DNA from: Burkholderiales bacterium
Lineage (GTDB): Bacteria; Pseudomonadota; Gammaproteobacteria; Burkholderiales; JBILQJ01
Length of the DNA: 64,000 nt
Direction of reading: 5' to 3'
Assembly: GCA_044373325.1 (NCBI GenBank)
Contig: JBILQJ010000003.1
Span: 7,188 to 71,187, forward strand
Program-made: the position numbers and the translations under genes
The notes under the pieces: model-generated
The model's database searches: none
What the model was told of the DNA's origin: nothing
Seen by the model: the letters and a program-made list of their open reading frames with translations, nothing else
In this document: one piece after another, positions 10,983 through 20,960 of the stretch
Layout of the letters: every line of letters starts with the position of its first letter
Numbering within the stretch: the stretch's first letter is position 1

Positions 10983-11149
10983 GACCCCACCCTAGCCCTC
11001 CCCTTGTTAAGGGGAGGGAACGCGCTCGCCCATGCGCCATCGTAAATCCACGCGCCAGCATTTGAAACGACATCATTTGAAGGATCATCGCTAGAATTAG
11101 CACGGGTTTTGCTCCTCCCCCTTGTCAAGGGGGAGGCTGGGTGGGGGTC
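10983..11149. repeat. MITE-like element of about 167 nt bounded by two mutually inverted 36-nt arms, each arm itself a hairpin
   Basis: The left arm GACCCCACCCTAGCCCTCCCCTTGTTAAGGGGAGGG (10983-11018) closely matches the reverse complement of the right arm CCTCCCCCTTGTCAAGGGGGAGGCTGGGTGGGGGTC (11114-11149). The right arm ends 5 nt from the R-M gene stop. Confidence 0.7.
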
Positions 11150-11154
11150 GGGGT

Positions 11155-13578
11155 TTACGCTTTCAAAAATTCGTATTCGTAAACTTTGGGTTGCAGCTTT
11201 GCGGCCAACCTTGACAACGCCAAGCGCAACTCGGCGATGTGTGCGCTGTAAATCGCGTCGCTGCTTTTGGGGTTCATGCGGCCTTTATCGTTACGGCCTT
11301 GAAAATGTTCGCGTATGTCGTACAAACTCGCGTTCACATTCACATCTTGCTGCGCGTGATAATACGTCCAGAGCGCACGGCCAGCATCAAATACGGCGGT
11401 GGCTTCCGCGCTAAACACCAAGGCCATGGTGCGTGGTGTGGCGAGGTCGTGCAAATCTTGCGCCGCGTCATCGGCTGGCAGTTTGCCTTTGATAAAATCG
11501 GTCATAAAATGGCTGGCAAATTTGGCCTGCGCGTTCACTTCTTGTTCGGTGAATGGTATCCAGTGGTTGATGCCAAAAGAAGTAGAAATATTATTGCTAA
11601 ACAAAGTCCAAGCCAAACAGTCATTTTGAAATTCAAAATCGGTTTGCCAGCCTTCATTTGGGAATAAAAATTGGTCACGGTCATTTAACCAATCTGCGCT
11701 AATAATATGACGTAAGGCATAATAAATCGAAGATTCTTTTAAATTTGTTTTTGTTACTTGCCAATTATGATTTGAAGCAGGAACTTTCATAAAAGGTTTA
11801 CCAAAACGAACTAATCGTTGATTTTGGAAATCACTTCCAACTCCTATGATTGTTGCAATAGATTCCGCATTAGATTTTCTAAAAGTTTTTACCCAATCAT
11901 TTATGAATTTAACATTGTCATAAGCCCAAATATTTTTGTATCCAAAAAAATTTCCTTTTTTATCATATACATCAGATTTTATAAATGTAAATTTTTCTTT
12001 GAATTTAGTATCCCAAATATAAAAAGCTATTGGAAATTGGCCAGTTACATTATCAAATGTTTCTGCTGGCGTTAAAAATATTTTCTCCAATTTGGCATGA
12101 AAAAAATTACGCAAATCTAGATATCTAGGTGCTTGCAAGTTTTTTAATTTTGAAAAATTTGCAATGATGGATTGTGGAATTTCACAATAAATTCTAGTTA
12201 GGAATTGTACGTACATTTCACGCTTGGTATAACCCATTAAATCTGAATACTTTTTGTGTATTTCAGAAATCGCAACACCAGTTCTACCTTCTCCCTGTCT
12301 ATTATCAGCCTCCGCATACGGCGGATTGATATAAATCACCAGTTTTTTGCGTTTTTCGGGGTCGTTGATGATGTCTTGCAGGCTTTGCGGCAACTTCGTG
12401 AAATCATCATTCAAAAAGTCAAATTGAAACACGTGATTTTTGAGCAAATGCGCCCCGTCTTCTATGCGTTGGTGCATCACGTTCACATCGGCTTGGTCTA
12501 AGGTGCTGGCATAAATGTTGTATTTATTGGTCAAGCCCGCCAACAAATTGCCCGTGCCTGCCGCGCAATCCCAAATGGTGTAATCGTCTTGCCAGCTTGC
12601 ACCCAAATAATTGGTCAAATATTTTTGGGACAATTCCACCCAAATTCGTGGCGTAAAAAAAGCGCCTTTGCGTTCGCGTATGTCTTGCGGCACCAACAAA
12701 TCGCGGCGCTCGATGATGTAATCTTGAAATTCTTTCAGCGGTGGACGCTTGTAAACGCGCCAAAATTGTTGATACGTTTCTTTTTCTTTAATCGAAATCG
12801 TGGCATCAAACATGGCTTTCATGTTTTCTTTGGCAATTTTGTAGCCCGAATTTTGAAAAATCACAAACAAATTGTCGCGAATAGAAACATCGTCCGCCAT
12901 GTTTTTGGTGTCGTAATCCTCCACAAACAAATCAGCCAAATAAAAATCGCTGTCCACAATGTTGGCTTTTTTAAGGTCGTCCCAATTCACATCAATAATC
13001 GGTTTGACCACGTCCAACCAACGCAAATAAATCGGCAAAAAATTGTTTTTATCGATTTTAATTTTGCTGCTGCTCGTGGCGTTGGCGATGTTGTTTTTTA
13101 TAAAAAATTGCAGCGCTTTGGCATCAACTTCATAATCAAACACAAACGCTTTTTGTTTTAACAAACTTTCGATGCGAGCTTTGATGAGCTGAAATTCTTT
13201 GGTGTCGTGATTGCTGGGCGTGACATTCCAATTAAAATCATTCATGAAAAAAATGTCTTGGATGTTGATGTACTCAACAAACGCGATTTTTTTAAAATCA
13301 AACGCGCCCAAAAACGGCGGCGGCAACGTTTTGTCAAACGTGCGCGCCTTGCCTATCGTCAAAATCAACTGCACAAACATCGCCGCAAGGTCAAAATCGC
13401 CCGTTTTGGCCTCCGCCCACAACAAAGGCGCGCGCTCAAACAGCGTCTCTTGCTTAGAAAAAACCGTAAAATCAATGTTGCCCAAAATTTCAGTCGTATC
13501 AAACGCCGAAAACCAATCCGCCGCCACTTTGTTTTTAAGTTCTTCTTCGCGCATACTTTTGTATTTCATGGTCATCAC
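11155..13578 (-). CDS. Solitary Type IIG-like restriction-modification enzyme (N-terminal PD-(D/E)xK-like domain plus gamma-class N6-adenine methyltransferase plus target-recognition region)
   Basis: 807 aa. Motif I WDCAAGTGNLL (aa 336-346) and motif IV NPPY (aa 418-421; nt 12316-12327). N-terminal ...NID...(18 aa)...LWAEAKTG resembles a D...ExK nuclease motif. There is no separate REase or specificity gene nearby. The first codon listed is GTG, with ATG codons at 13575 and 13569. Confidence 0.65.
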   Translation of the reverse strand: MMTMKYKSMREEELKNKVAADWFSAFDTTEILGNIDFTVFSKQETLFERAPLLWAEAKTGDFDLAAMFVQLILTIGKARTFDKTLPPPFLGAFDFKKIAFVEYINIQDIFFMNDFNWNVTPSNHDTKEFQLIKARIESLLKQKAFVFDYEVDAKALQFFIKNNIANATSSSKIKIDKNNFLPIYLRWLDVVKPIIDVNWDDLKKANIVDSDFYLADLFVEDYDTKNMADDVSIRDNLFVIFQNSGYKIAKENMKAMFDATISIKEKETYQQFWRVYKRPPLKEFQDYIIERRDLLVPQDIRERKGAFFTPRIWVELSQKYLTNYLGASWQDDYTIWDCAAGTGNLLAGLTNKYNIYASTLDQADVNVMHQRIEDGAHLLKNHVFQFDFLNDDFTKLPQSLQDIINDPEKRKKLVIYINPPYAEADNRQGEGRTGVAISEIHKKYSDLMGYTKREMYVQFLTRIYCEIPQSIIANFSKLKNLQAPRYLDLRNFFHAKLEKIFLTPAETFDNVTGQFPIAFYIWDTKFKEKFTFIKSDVYDKKGNFFGYKNIWAYDNVKFINDWVKTFRKSNAESIATIIGVGSDFQNQRLVRFGKPFMKVPASNHNWQVTKTNLKESSIYYALRHIISADWLNDRDQFLFPNEGWQTDFEFQNDCLAWTLFSNNISTSFGINHWIPFTEQEVNAQAKFASHFMTDFIKGKLPADDAAQDLHDLATPRTMALVFSAEATAVFDAGRALWTYYHAQQDVNVNASLYDIREHFQGRNDKGRMNPKSSDAIYSAHIAELRLALSRLAAKLQPKVYEYEFLKA

Positions 13579-13611
13579 TTTCTGATTGATTGTTTTTAGG
13601 TATTTTTAGGT

Positions 13612-13655
13612 AAAAGGTTGGCCGCAACGGTTTTTTGCTTGCGGCCAACCTTTTT
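13612..13655. terminator. Repeat pair in terminator configuration (AAAAGGTTGGCCGCAA-loop-TTGCGGCCAACCTTTTT)
   Basis: This is the only pair with the A-run 5' and the T-run 3' of a 12-bp GC-rich stem, which is the geometry of a bidirectional intrinsic terminator. Lies between the holA stop and the R-M gene start. Confidence 0.65.
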
Positions 13656-13662
13656 AAGCTTT

Positions 13663-14685
13663 TTAACCTTTTGCAGGCGCAGCCAGCAAATAGTTTTGCA
13701 TCAAGTCCCGTAAAGTCATCCACGGATTGCCCGATTCTGCGCCTTTGATTTGGCGATCGATTTGGGCGCAACATTGCAAAGCGGGCATTAAGTTTTTAGC
13801 GCCTATGCGTTTGAGGGCGGCAGGAAACAACGTTTGTTTATCGCCCCATAAGCGCAAGTCGCGCTCCAGTTCTTGGCGACTTTTGCCTTGTTTTAGGCCT
13901 GCGGCCAACTTGATTAAGGTGCGGATATCTTCGGCCAAAGACCAAATCAACAACACGGGCGTTTCGCCTTCGGCTTCCAAGCCTGCCAACATTCGCTCTA
14001 TACGCGCCCTGTCGCCCGACATCCACGCTTCTGACAATTTAAACACATCAAATCGCGCGACATTGGTCACGGCGCGTTCGATGGCCGCCAAATCCAGCTG
14101 GCCTTGGGGTTCTAAAATGGCCAATTTATCGACTTCTTGCTTGGCGGCCAAGACGTTGCCTTCCACCAAATTCACAAAAAAATCTGACGCTTCCGCCGAT
14201 AAACTTTGCCCTTGCAAAGCCAACCTTGCGGCCAACCATGCCGGCATTTTGTCGCGCGTAATGGCTTTATTTTCGATACAAATGCCCACTTTGTCTAAGG
14301 CTAAAAACCACTTACTGCCCAATTGAGTTTTGTCCAATTTGGGCAAAATCACCAAAATAACCGTGTCAGGCGGCAAATCTGCGGCAAACCTTTGCAAGGC
14401 TTCACCGCCTTCTGTACCCGGTTTGCCGCTGGGGATGCGAATTTCTAGCCATTTTAAGCTCGAAAACAAAGAGCCGCTGCTGGCGGCATCTCGCAACAAA
14501 GACCAGTCAAAGTGGGTTTCAACCGCCAACACTTCGCGCTCGTCATAGCCCAAATTTTTTGCCGTGGCGCGCAACAAATCGCTGGCTTCTAGCGTGAGCA
14601 ACATCTCTTCGCCATGCAAAACGTACAAAGGCGCGAGGCCTTTTTTGAGGTGACTGGGCAATGCCTCGGCTTTGATGCTGGCCAT
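13663..14685 (-). CDS. holA: DNA polymerase III delta subunit
   Basis: 340 aa. Conserved lptE-holA position, N-terminal LAPLYVLHGEE-type motif, and delta-subunit length. Confidence 0.8.
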   Translation of the reverse strand: MASIKAEALPSHLKKGLAPLYVLHGEEMLLTLEASDLLRATAKNLGYDEREVLAVETHFDWSLLRDAASSGSLFSSLKWLEIRIPSGKPGTEGGEALQRFAADLPPDTVILVILPKLDKTQLGSKWFLALDKVGICIENKAITRDKMPAWLAARLALQGQSLSAEASDFFVNLVEGNVLAAKQEVDKLAILEPQGQLDLAAIERAVTNVARFDVFKLSEAWMSGDRARIERMLAGLEAEGETPVLLIWSLAEDIRTLIKLAAGLKQGKSRQELERDLRLWGDKQTLFPAALKRIGAKNLMPALQCCAQIDRQIKGAESGNPWMTLRDLMQNYLLAAPAKG

Positions 14686-15266
14686 TATGGCGTTCCTTTT
14701 AGCGATTCTGTTTTCGGTTGATACCCTGTTTGGCTGGTCGATGGCGCAAATTTTAAGCGGGCAAATTTTTGGATGACTTGTTCAGCGGCTTCGCGGCGCA
14801 AATCGTCCCACAAGCGTTTTTCTTCTTCTTGTTTGCCTAAAATTTCAGCATCTGAATAGCCCATGCTGCGCGTCAAAGTCACTTGTATGACCTGCGCAGA
14901 ATCGCGTGCCGCATTTTGCGCTTCGGCCACCACGGTTAAGGTCAACAAATATTCACTGACTTTGCCTGCGCGATTGACGGTTAAAATGTCTTTTCTTGGG
15001 CTTTCGCTCACCACGCTCAAGCGCCCGTCGGCTTCAGAAAAAGCAGCGGCCAAAATTTGTTTGTCCCGTATCAACAAGCGTTGAATTTCATCAAATAAAA
15101 CGCCAGTACCCTCAACATAAAGCCGATTAAACGGCAAAGCGCCCAGAGGCGTGTTGTAACCGCGCAAATGAAAACCACAGCCTGCCACCAATCCAACCAA
15201 TAAAAAAACAGCCAAATTTTTCAAAATGGCCGCACGGCTCACACGAAAATTAAAACGAAAAAACAT
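14685..15266 (-). CDS. lptE: LPS-assembly lipoprotein LptE
   Basis: Lipobox LVAGC then GFHLRG, typical of LptE/RlpB. I place the start at the internal ATG (15266), not at ORF-track position 15383. The stop overlaps the holA start. Confidence 0.75.
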   Translation of the reverse strand: MFFRFNFRVSRAAILKNLAVFLLVGLVAGCGFHLRGYNTPLGALPFNRLYVEGTGVLFDEIQRLLIRDKQILAAAFSEADGRLSVVSESPRKDILTVNRAGKVSEYLLTLTVVAEAQNAARDSAQVIQVTLTRSMGYSDAEILGKQEEEKRLWDDLRREAAEQVIQKFARLKFAPSTSQTGYQPKTESLKGTP

Positions 15267-15447
15267 ACACTTTCCTTTGCAGTCAGGGGTTGTAAAAATA
15301 ATCTTTATTGGCGCATCGATTTGTGCGCGTTGATTTGTCTTGAGGCCAATTTTAGCTACAGTCTTTTTTTTAAATCGTGGCATAATACGGCCTTTGAAAA
15401 TTGTCTACATTCCACGAAATTAAACTGCTCACGAAAAAGAACGCCTT

Positions 15448-16218
15448 ATGAAAATTGCCACTTGGAACGTCAACTCACTCAAAGTCAGACTGCCCCACGT
15501 TTTAGCTTGGCTAAGCGAAAATCCCATCGATATTTTATGCTTGCAAGAGCTCAAACAAGATCAAGCCAGTTTTCCCTTAGAAGCCATCCAAGCGCAAGGC
15601 TATCAAGCCATTTGGCTGGGACAAAAAACCTATAATGGCGTGGCCATTTTGGTCAAAGATGGGCATTCTATCACAGATGTGATTGAAAATTTACCCAGCT
15701 ATCCCGATGAACAAAAACGCGTTTTAACCGCAACAATTGCAGGTTTACGCGTCATTTGTGCGTATTTTGTCAACGGAGAATCGTTGGAATCGCCCAAATA
15801 TGCCTACAAATTAACGTGGCTGGAACACATGGAAACCCACGTCAAAACCGAAAGCCTCGCCCATGAAAAACTGGTTTTATTGGGGGATTTTAACATTGCG
15901 CCCGACGACAGAGATGTCCCAAATCCAGACGATTGGCTAGACAAAACCTTGTGTTCCGCCCCCGAAAGAGCCGCCTTTTTCCGCTTAATCGAACTCGGCT
16001 TATCCGACAGTTTTCGCTTGTTTCACCAAGACAGCAAACTGTACACTTGGTGGGATTATCGCATGATGAATTTTAGACGAAACAATGGTTTACGCATCGA
16101 CCACATCCTCATCAGTGCGGCCTTAAAACCCTTGGCGCTGGCCTGCGAAATCGACAAAGCGCCCAGAAAATGGGAACGCCCCAGCGATCATGCGCCCGTC
16201 ATTTTGACCTTGCAATAA
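15448..16218 (+). CDS. xthA: Exodeoxyribonuclease III (AP endonuclease)
   Basis: 256 aa. MKIATWNVNSL, LCLQE, GDFNIAP and SDHAPV motifs of the EEP/Xth family. Confidence 0.9.
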   Translation: MKIATWNVNSLKVRLPHVLAWLSENPIDILCLQELKQDQASFPLEAIQAQGYQAIWLGQKTYNGVAILVKDGHSITDVIENLPSYPDEQKRVLTATIAGLRVICAYFVNGESLESPKYAYKLTWLEHMETHVKTESLAHEKLVLLGDFNIAPDDRDVPNPDDWLDKTLCSAPERAAFFRLIELGLSDSFRLFHQDSKLYTWWDYRMMNFRRNNGLRIDHILISAALKPLALACEIDKAPRKWERPSDHAPVILTLQ

Positions 16219-16235
16219 AACCAAGGTGGTTATGC

Positions 16236-16252
16236 TTGCGGCCAACCTTTTT
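16236..16252 (+). repeat. Single copy of the repeat (TTGCGGCCAACCTTTTT) just after the xthA stop
   Basis: Exact consensus. The upstream AAGGTGG can pair with CCAACCTT to give a short hairpin followed by a T-run. Confidence 0.85.
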
Positions 16253-16308
16253 GGCCGATTTGTTTTGCTTTGCTTGCTTTTTTTCCTTTTTATTAAAGTG
16301 GTTTAACT

Positions 16309-19300
16309 ATGTGGCTCACACGCGTCAGTATTAATAATCCGTATTTTGCCGCCGTACTCATGTTTTTGATTACGGTGATGGGGCTGTTTGCTTGGAAAAA
16401 ATTACCTTTAGAAGAATTGCCTGATGTCAGCTTTCCGATTGCGGTTGTGTCGACCGCTTACATAGGCGCATCGCCACAATCGGTAGAAACCGAAGTCACA
16501 CGGCCGCTTGAAGAGTCTATCAACACCATCAGCGGCATTAAAAATTTACGCTCTTATTCTTTAGAAGGCATTTCCACCATCGTGGTTGAGTTTGAGTTGA
16601 GCGTCGATGAACGCGTGGCTTTGCAAGATGTGCGCGATCGCGTTTCTGCCGCCCAAGCCGATTTTAAAGACGAAGTCAGCACGCCGTCGGTCAGCACACG
16701 CAACCCTGATGACGAACCCATTTTGTCTTTTGCCTTTACCGCCCCCGAATTAAGCCCACGCGAACTCACCAACTGGGTCAATAACACGGTCAAAAAACGC
16801 CTTCAAATGCTAGAAGGCGTGGGCGAAGTGTTGGTTTATGGCGGCGTTACCCGCGAAGTGCGCGTCGATCTACAAGCCGAAGCCTTGAAAAGCTTTGGTT
16901 TATCCACCCAAACCATCGCCCAAAAAATTAAAACCGCCAATCAAGATTACCCCGCAGGGCAACTCACCATCAATGAAAAAGATTACGCCTTGCGCGTGGT
17001 GGGCAAACTCGCGACCATTAAAGAGTTGGGCGATGTCATTGTGGCCACGCGTAATACCCGCCCGATTACCTTAAAAGAAGTCGCCACCTTAAGTGACAGC
17101 CAATCCGATGCCAAAACCGTGGCCTTATTAAATGGCAAAACAGCCGTTGGCGTAGAGATACGCGCCATACGTGGCGGCAATATCGTCAAAACCGTTGAAA
17201 ATCTAAAAACCAACCTCAACAAAATGCAGGCCGACTTCCCCAAATCAGTGACTTACGAAATCACGTTAGATCGAGGTGAAAAAGTCGAACGTTCAGTCCA
17301 AAATGTACAAAATACCCTCATTGAAGGGGCAGTTTTAACCGTTTTGATTGTGTTTCTGTTTTTAGGCAGCTGGCGCAGCACTGTCATCACAGGGCTGACC
17401 TTGCCCATTTCCATTATCGGTACTTTTTTTGCCTTAGAATACATGGGCTTTACACTTAATGTCATGACTTTAATGGCGCTGTCTTTGTCAGTGGGCTTGC
17501 TCATAGACGATGCGATTGTGGTGCGTGAAAACATTGTCCGCCACAAAGCCATGGGCAAAACCCATTATCAAGCGGCTTTAGATGGCACCAACGAAATTGG
17601 TTTGGCCGTCACCGCCACCACGCTCACCATTGTGGCTGTCTTCTTACCCGTGGGCATGATGCCTGGCATCATCGGCCAATTTTTCCATCAATTTGGCTTG
17701 GCCGTGGTCGTGGCGGTGCTCATTTCTTTGGCCGTCAGTTTTTCATTAGACCCGATGCTGTCTTCTATTTGGCACGATCCACATCAACATGGGGACAAAC
17801 ACAAAGGCCCTTTCGGGCCTATCTTGGACTGGTTTGAAACCTCACTCGACCGTCTCGCAAATCATTATGTTTTTCTCATAAAATGGGCTTTGTTGCACCG
17901 CTTGTGGGTCATCGGCATCACAACCTTGGTCACCGTGGGCAGCTTTAGTTTGCCTGTTTTGGGTTTGGTGGGCGGAGAATTTATTCCTGCCGCCGACACA
18001 GGCAAAATTCAAGTCCGTCTAGAAACCAGCGATGGCGCTTCTTTGGCTTATACCGAAGCCCAAGCGCAACGGGTTGCGGCCAGCCTGCACGATTTACCGC
18101 ATTTAATTAGCACGCAAATCAGCGTGGGCAGTGGCTCACGCGGCAGCAAAAACAAAGCCACCTTATTGTTAAATGTTGGTAAAGCCGATACGCGCGCCAT
18201 GCACATCAACCCACTCATGGCAGAAGTTCGAAAGCGCGTAATGACAGTACCATCGGTCAGCATCAAAGGCATTTCGATTGCCGATCAGGGCGGGCCCAGC
18301 GCTGGCAAACCCATCAGCGTGAGCCTAAGAGGCAATGACCTTGCGGCACTCACCAGTGCGTCTAATCTGTTGTTAGATAAAATCAGTCAAATAGAAGGCG
18401 TGCGCGACATGGAGTCAAGTTTAACGGCCACCACGCCCTCTTTTGACATTAAAATCAACCGCGAAGCGGCCATGAATTTAGGGGTGGATTTGTCGATACT
18501 CGGCAGCAGCATAGAAACCTTGCTATCTGGGCAAAACGTGGGTTTGTGGGAAGCTTCAGATGGTGAATCTTACGACATTCGAGTCCAAATCCCGAAAAGT
18601 GAACGCACTTTAAACACCTTAAATCAACTCACTATTCCAGGGAAAAGCGATGACAATGGCGTAGCGGCCATGATACCTTTGTCCAACATTGCCAGCATTA
18701 CGCCCAGCAGTTCGCCACGCCAAATCAATCGCACCAATTTATTACGTGACATTTCTTTGACTGGCAACATCGAAGGTCGCAACAAAGCCGCTGTTTTTAA
18801 AGACATACAAGCGCTATTAGAAGCCACAACTCTGCCCGAAGGCATCATCAAAGTGCAAGAAGGCGACAATCAAAACATGAAAGAATCTGGCGATTACGCT
18901 TTGCAAGCCTTGATGTTGGGTGTGTTGTTGATTTATTTCATCTTAACGGCACAATTTCGCAGCTTTACCTTGCCCGTTACCATTATGATGGCCTTACCAT
19001 TGAGTTTTGTCGGCGTTTTTGCGGGCTTGGCCATCGGTGGCTCTACCCTTAATATGTTTAGCGTCATCGGTATTATTATGTTGATGGGCTTGGCCACCAA
19101 AAACGGGATTTTGTTGGTCGATTACATCAATCAATGTCGCAGCGAAGGCTTGAGCCGATACGATGCCATCATCGAGGGCGGACGAGTGCGCTTACGCCCC
19201 ATTTTAATGACCAGTTTGGCCATGATTATTGGTATGTTGCCCATGGCTTTTGCCACAGGGGACGGCAGCGAAACCCAGCGCCCAATGGCGCAAGCAATTA

Positions 19301-19443
19301 TTGGGGGCTTGATTACCTCCACTTTGCTGACTTTGGTGGTTGTGCCTGTGATTTACACTTACATGGACAGTTTTAGAATGCTTTTACATCGCCTCATCGG
19401 TTCAGGAAAATACACACCAACCGCTGACACTCAATCCCAATAA
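16309..19443 (+). CDS. RND efflux transporter permease (AcrB/HAE1-like)
   Basis: 1044 aa with 12-TM and two-large-loop architecture, and conserved LLIDDAIVV and [12 protein letters not shown] motifs. No adaptor or outer-membrane factor gene is adjacent. Confidence 0.9.
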   Translation: MWLTRVSINNPYFAAVLMFLITVMGLFAWKKLPLEELPDVSFPIAVVSTAYIGASPQSVETEVTRPLEESINTISGIKNLRSYSLEGISTIVVEFELSVDERVALQDVRDRVSAAQADFKDEVSTPSVSTRNPDDEPILSFAFTAPELSPRELTNWVNNTVKKRLQMLEGVGEVLVYGGVTREVRVDLQAEALKSFGLSTQTIAQKIKTANQDYPAGQLTINEKDYALRVVGKLATIKELGDVIVATRNTRPITLKEVATLSDSQSDAKTVALLNGKTAVGVEIRAIRGGNIVKTVENLKTNLNKMQADFPKSVTYEITLDRGEKVERSVQNVQNTLIEGAVLTVLIVFLFLGSWRSTVITGLTLPISIIGTFFALEYMGFTLNVMTLMALSLSVGLLIDDAIVVRENIVRHKAMGKTHYQAALDGTNEIGLAVTATTLTIVAVFLPVGMMPGIIGQFFHQFGLAVVVAVLISLAVSFSLDPMLSSIWHDPHQHGDKHKGPFGPILDWFETSLDRLANHYVFLIKWALLHRLWVIGITTLVTVGSFSLPVLGLVGGEFIPAADTGKIQVRLETSDGASLAYTEAQAQRVAASLHDLPHLISTQISVGSGSRGSKNKATLLLNVGKADTRAMHINPLMAEVRKRVMTVPSVSIKGISIADQGGPSAGKPISVSLRGNDLAALTSASNLLLDKISQIEGVRDMESSLTATTPSFDIKINREAAMNLGVDLSILGSSIETLLSGQNVGLWEASDGESYDIRVQIPKSERTLNTLNQLTIPGKSDDNGVAAMIPLSNIASITPSSSPRQINRTNLLRDISLTGNIEGRNKAAVFKDIQALLEATTLPEGIIKVQEGDNQNMKESGDYALQALMLGVLLIYFILTAQFRSFTLPVTIMMALPLSFVGVFAGLAIGGSTLNMFSVIGIIMLMGLATKNGILLVDYINQCRSEGLSRYDAIIEGGRVRLRPILMTSLAMIIGMLPMAFATGDGSETQRPMAQAIIGGLITSTLLTLVVVPVIYTYMDSFRMLLHRLIGSGKYTPTADTQSQ

Positions 19444-19489
19444 TACTCATAATAAAATTAACCCTCTCTACAATAAAAAGGAATGTTGT

Positions 19490-20935
19490 ATGCCACTTTC
19501 AATCACCCATCCATTTAACTTTGTTTTTTTTGGTAGCACTGGCGACTTGGCTACTCGAAAATTATGGCCTGCGCTGTTTCGCTTGCATGCGGCAGGACAA
19601 TTACACGCCGAAGGTCGATTCATTTGTTTGACTCGCGACGCAACGGTTGCGGCCAACTTTGCGGCATGGTTAACGCAAAACATCGACAAAGTCGTCGATA
19701 CCGCCGCGCCAGAATGGCCTTCTTTTTTAGCTCGCCTAAGCGCCGTCAAACTCGATGCCAACAGCGCGGAAGATTTTCAAGCCTTAGCGCACTTGGTGGG
19801 TGAACCCGCGCAGCGCGCCACGGTTTGTTATTTTTCAACTTCTCCTCATTTTTTTGAAGCCATCACCAAAAACTTGGCTCAAGTCGGCTTAAATCACCCC
19901 AACGTTCGACTTGTGGTTGAAAAACCGTTAGGCATAGATGCCGAATCTTCACGCCAAATCAATGCGACTTTGGCCCAATACTTTAGCGAAACCCAGTTGT
20001 ACCGCATCGATCATTATTTGGGCAAAGAAGCCGTCCAAAACTTGCTGGCTTTGCGCTTTGGCAATCCATTATTTGAACCCTTGTGGCGCAATACTTGGGT
20101 GGACTCGGTACAAATCACCGTTGCCGAAACCTTGGGCATAGAAAAACGAGGCGATTTTTATGATGGGGTCGGTGCCTTGCGCGACATGGTACAAAATCAC
20201 TTGTTACAATTATTGTGTATCGTCGCCATGGAACCGCCTTCTAATTTGGGCGCGGATGCCGTGCGAGACGAAAAACACAAAATCTTAAAATCGTTGCGCC
20301 CTTTAACCCCCGACACTTTGGCACAAGTCGTGCGTGGACAATATCAAGCTAACTCTAAGCTCACGCCAGCGGCGGTTGGGTATTTACAAGAAGCAGGCAT
20401 TCCAGAAGACAGCCACACAGAAACTTTTGTGGCCATGACTGCCGACATCGACAACTGGCGTTGGGCTGGCGTGCCTTTTTACTTAAGAACGGGCAAAAGG
20501 TTGGCCACAGCCAAAGCCGAAATTGTGATTAAATTTAAAGATGTGCCACATCAGTTGTTTTCGACTTCCACACATTTGGCCAATAAAATGGTCATTACTT
20601 TGCAACCCGAAGAAAGCGTGCGCTTGTATTTTCAAGCCAAAGTCCCAGGAGATGACATGCGTTTAGCGCCCGTCTTCTTAAACTTAGATTTTAATGAAAT
20701 GTTTAAAATGCGCCGCGCGACCGCTTATGAACGTTTATTACTAGAAAGCATACGCGGCAATCAAACCCTTTTTGTGCGCAAAGATGAAGTGGCCGCCGCT
20801 TGGGCTTACATTACGCCCTTGTTAGAACATTGGCAGGCTGAAAATAGCCAACCTGCTCCGTATGTGGCGGGTTCTTGGGGGCCTGAAGCTGCCGAAGCCC
20901 TGTTAAAAAATAAGCAAGATGCGTGGCATGATTAA
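19490..20935 (+). CDS. zwf: Glucose-6-phosphate 1-dehydrogenase
   Basis: 481 aa. FGSTGDLA NADP-binding motif and RIDHYLGKE active-site motif. Confidence 0.9.
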   Translation: MPLSITHPFNFVFFGSTGDLATRKLWPALFRLHAAGQLHAEGRFICLTRDATVAANFAAWLTQNIDKVVDTAAPEWPSFLARLSAVKLDANSAEDFQALAHLVGEPAQRATVCYFSTSPHFFEAITKNLAQVGLNHPNVRLVVEKPLGIDAESSRQINATLAQYFSETQLYRIDHYLGKEAVQNLLALRFGNPLFEPLWRNTWVDSVQITVAETLGIEKRGDFYDGVGALRDMVQNHLLQLLCIVAMEPPSNLGADAVRDEKHKILKSLRPLTPDTLAQVVRGQYQANSKLTPAAVGYLQEAGIPEDSHTETFVAMTADIDNWRWAGVPFYLRTGKRLATAKAEIVIKFKDVPHQLFSTSTHLANKMVITLQPEESVRLYFQAKVPGDDMRLAPVFLNLDFNEMFKMRRATAYERLLLESIRGNQTLFVRKDEVAAAWAYITPLLEHWQAENSQPAPYVAGSWGPEAAEALLKNKQDAWHD

Positions 20936-20960
20936 TAAGATTCCATAAAAGGACCGTGTA

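Noticed and set aside
12589-13161. 190-aa plus-strand ORF, and similar ORFs at 13207-13599
   Set aside because: They are antisense shadow ORFs inside the R-M gene. They give K/R/F/I-rich translations typical of the reverse frame of AT-rich coding DNA.
13727-14326. 199-aa plus-strand ORF
   Set aside because: It is antisense to holA, and no motif supports it.
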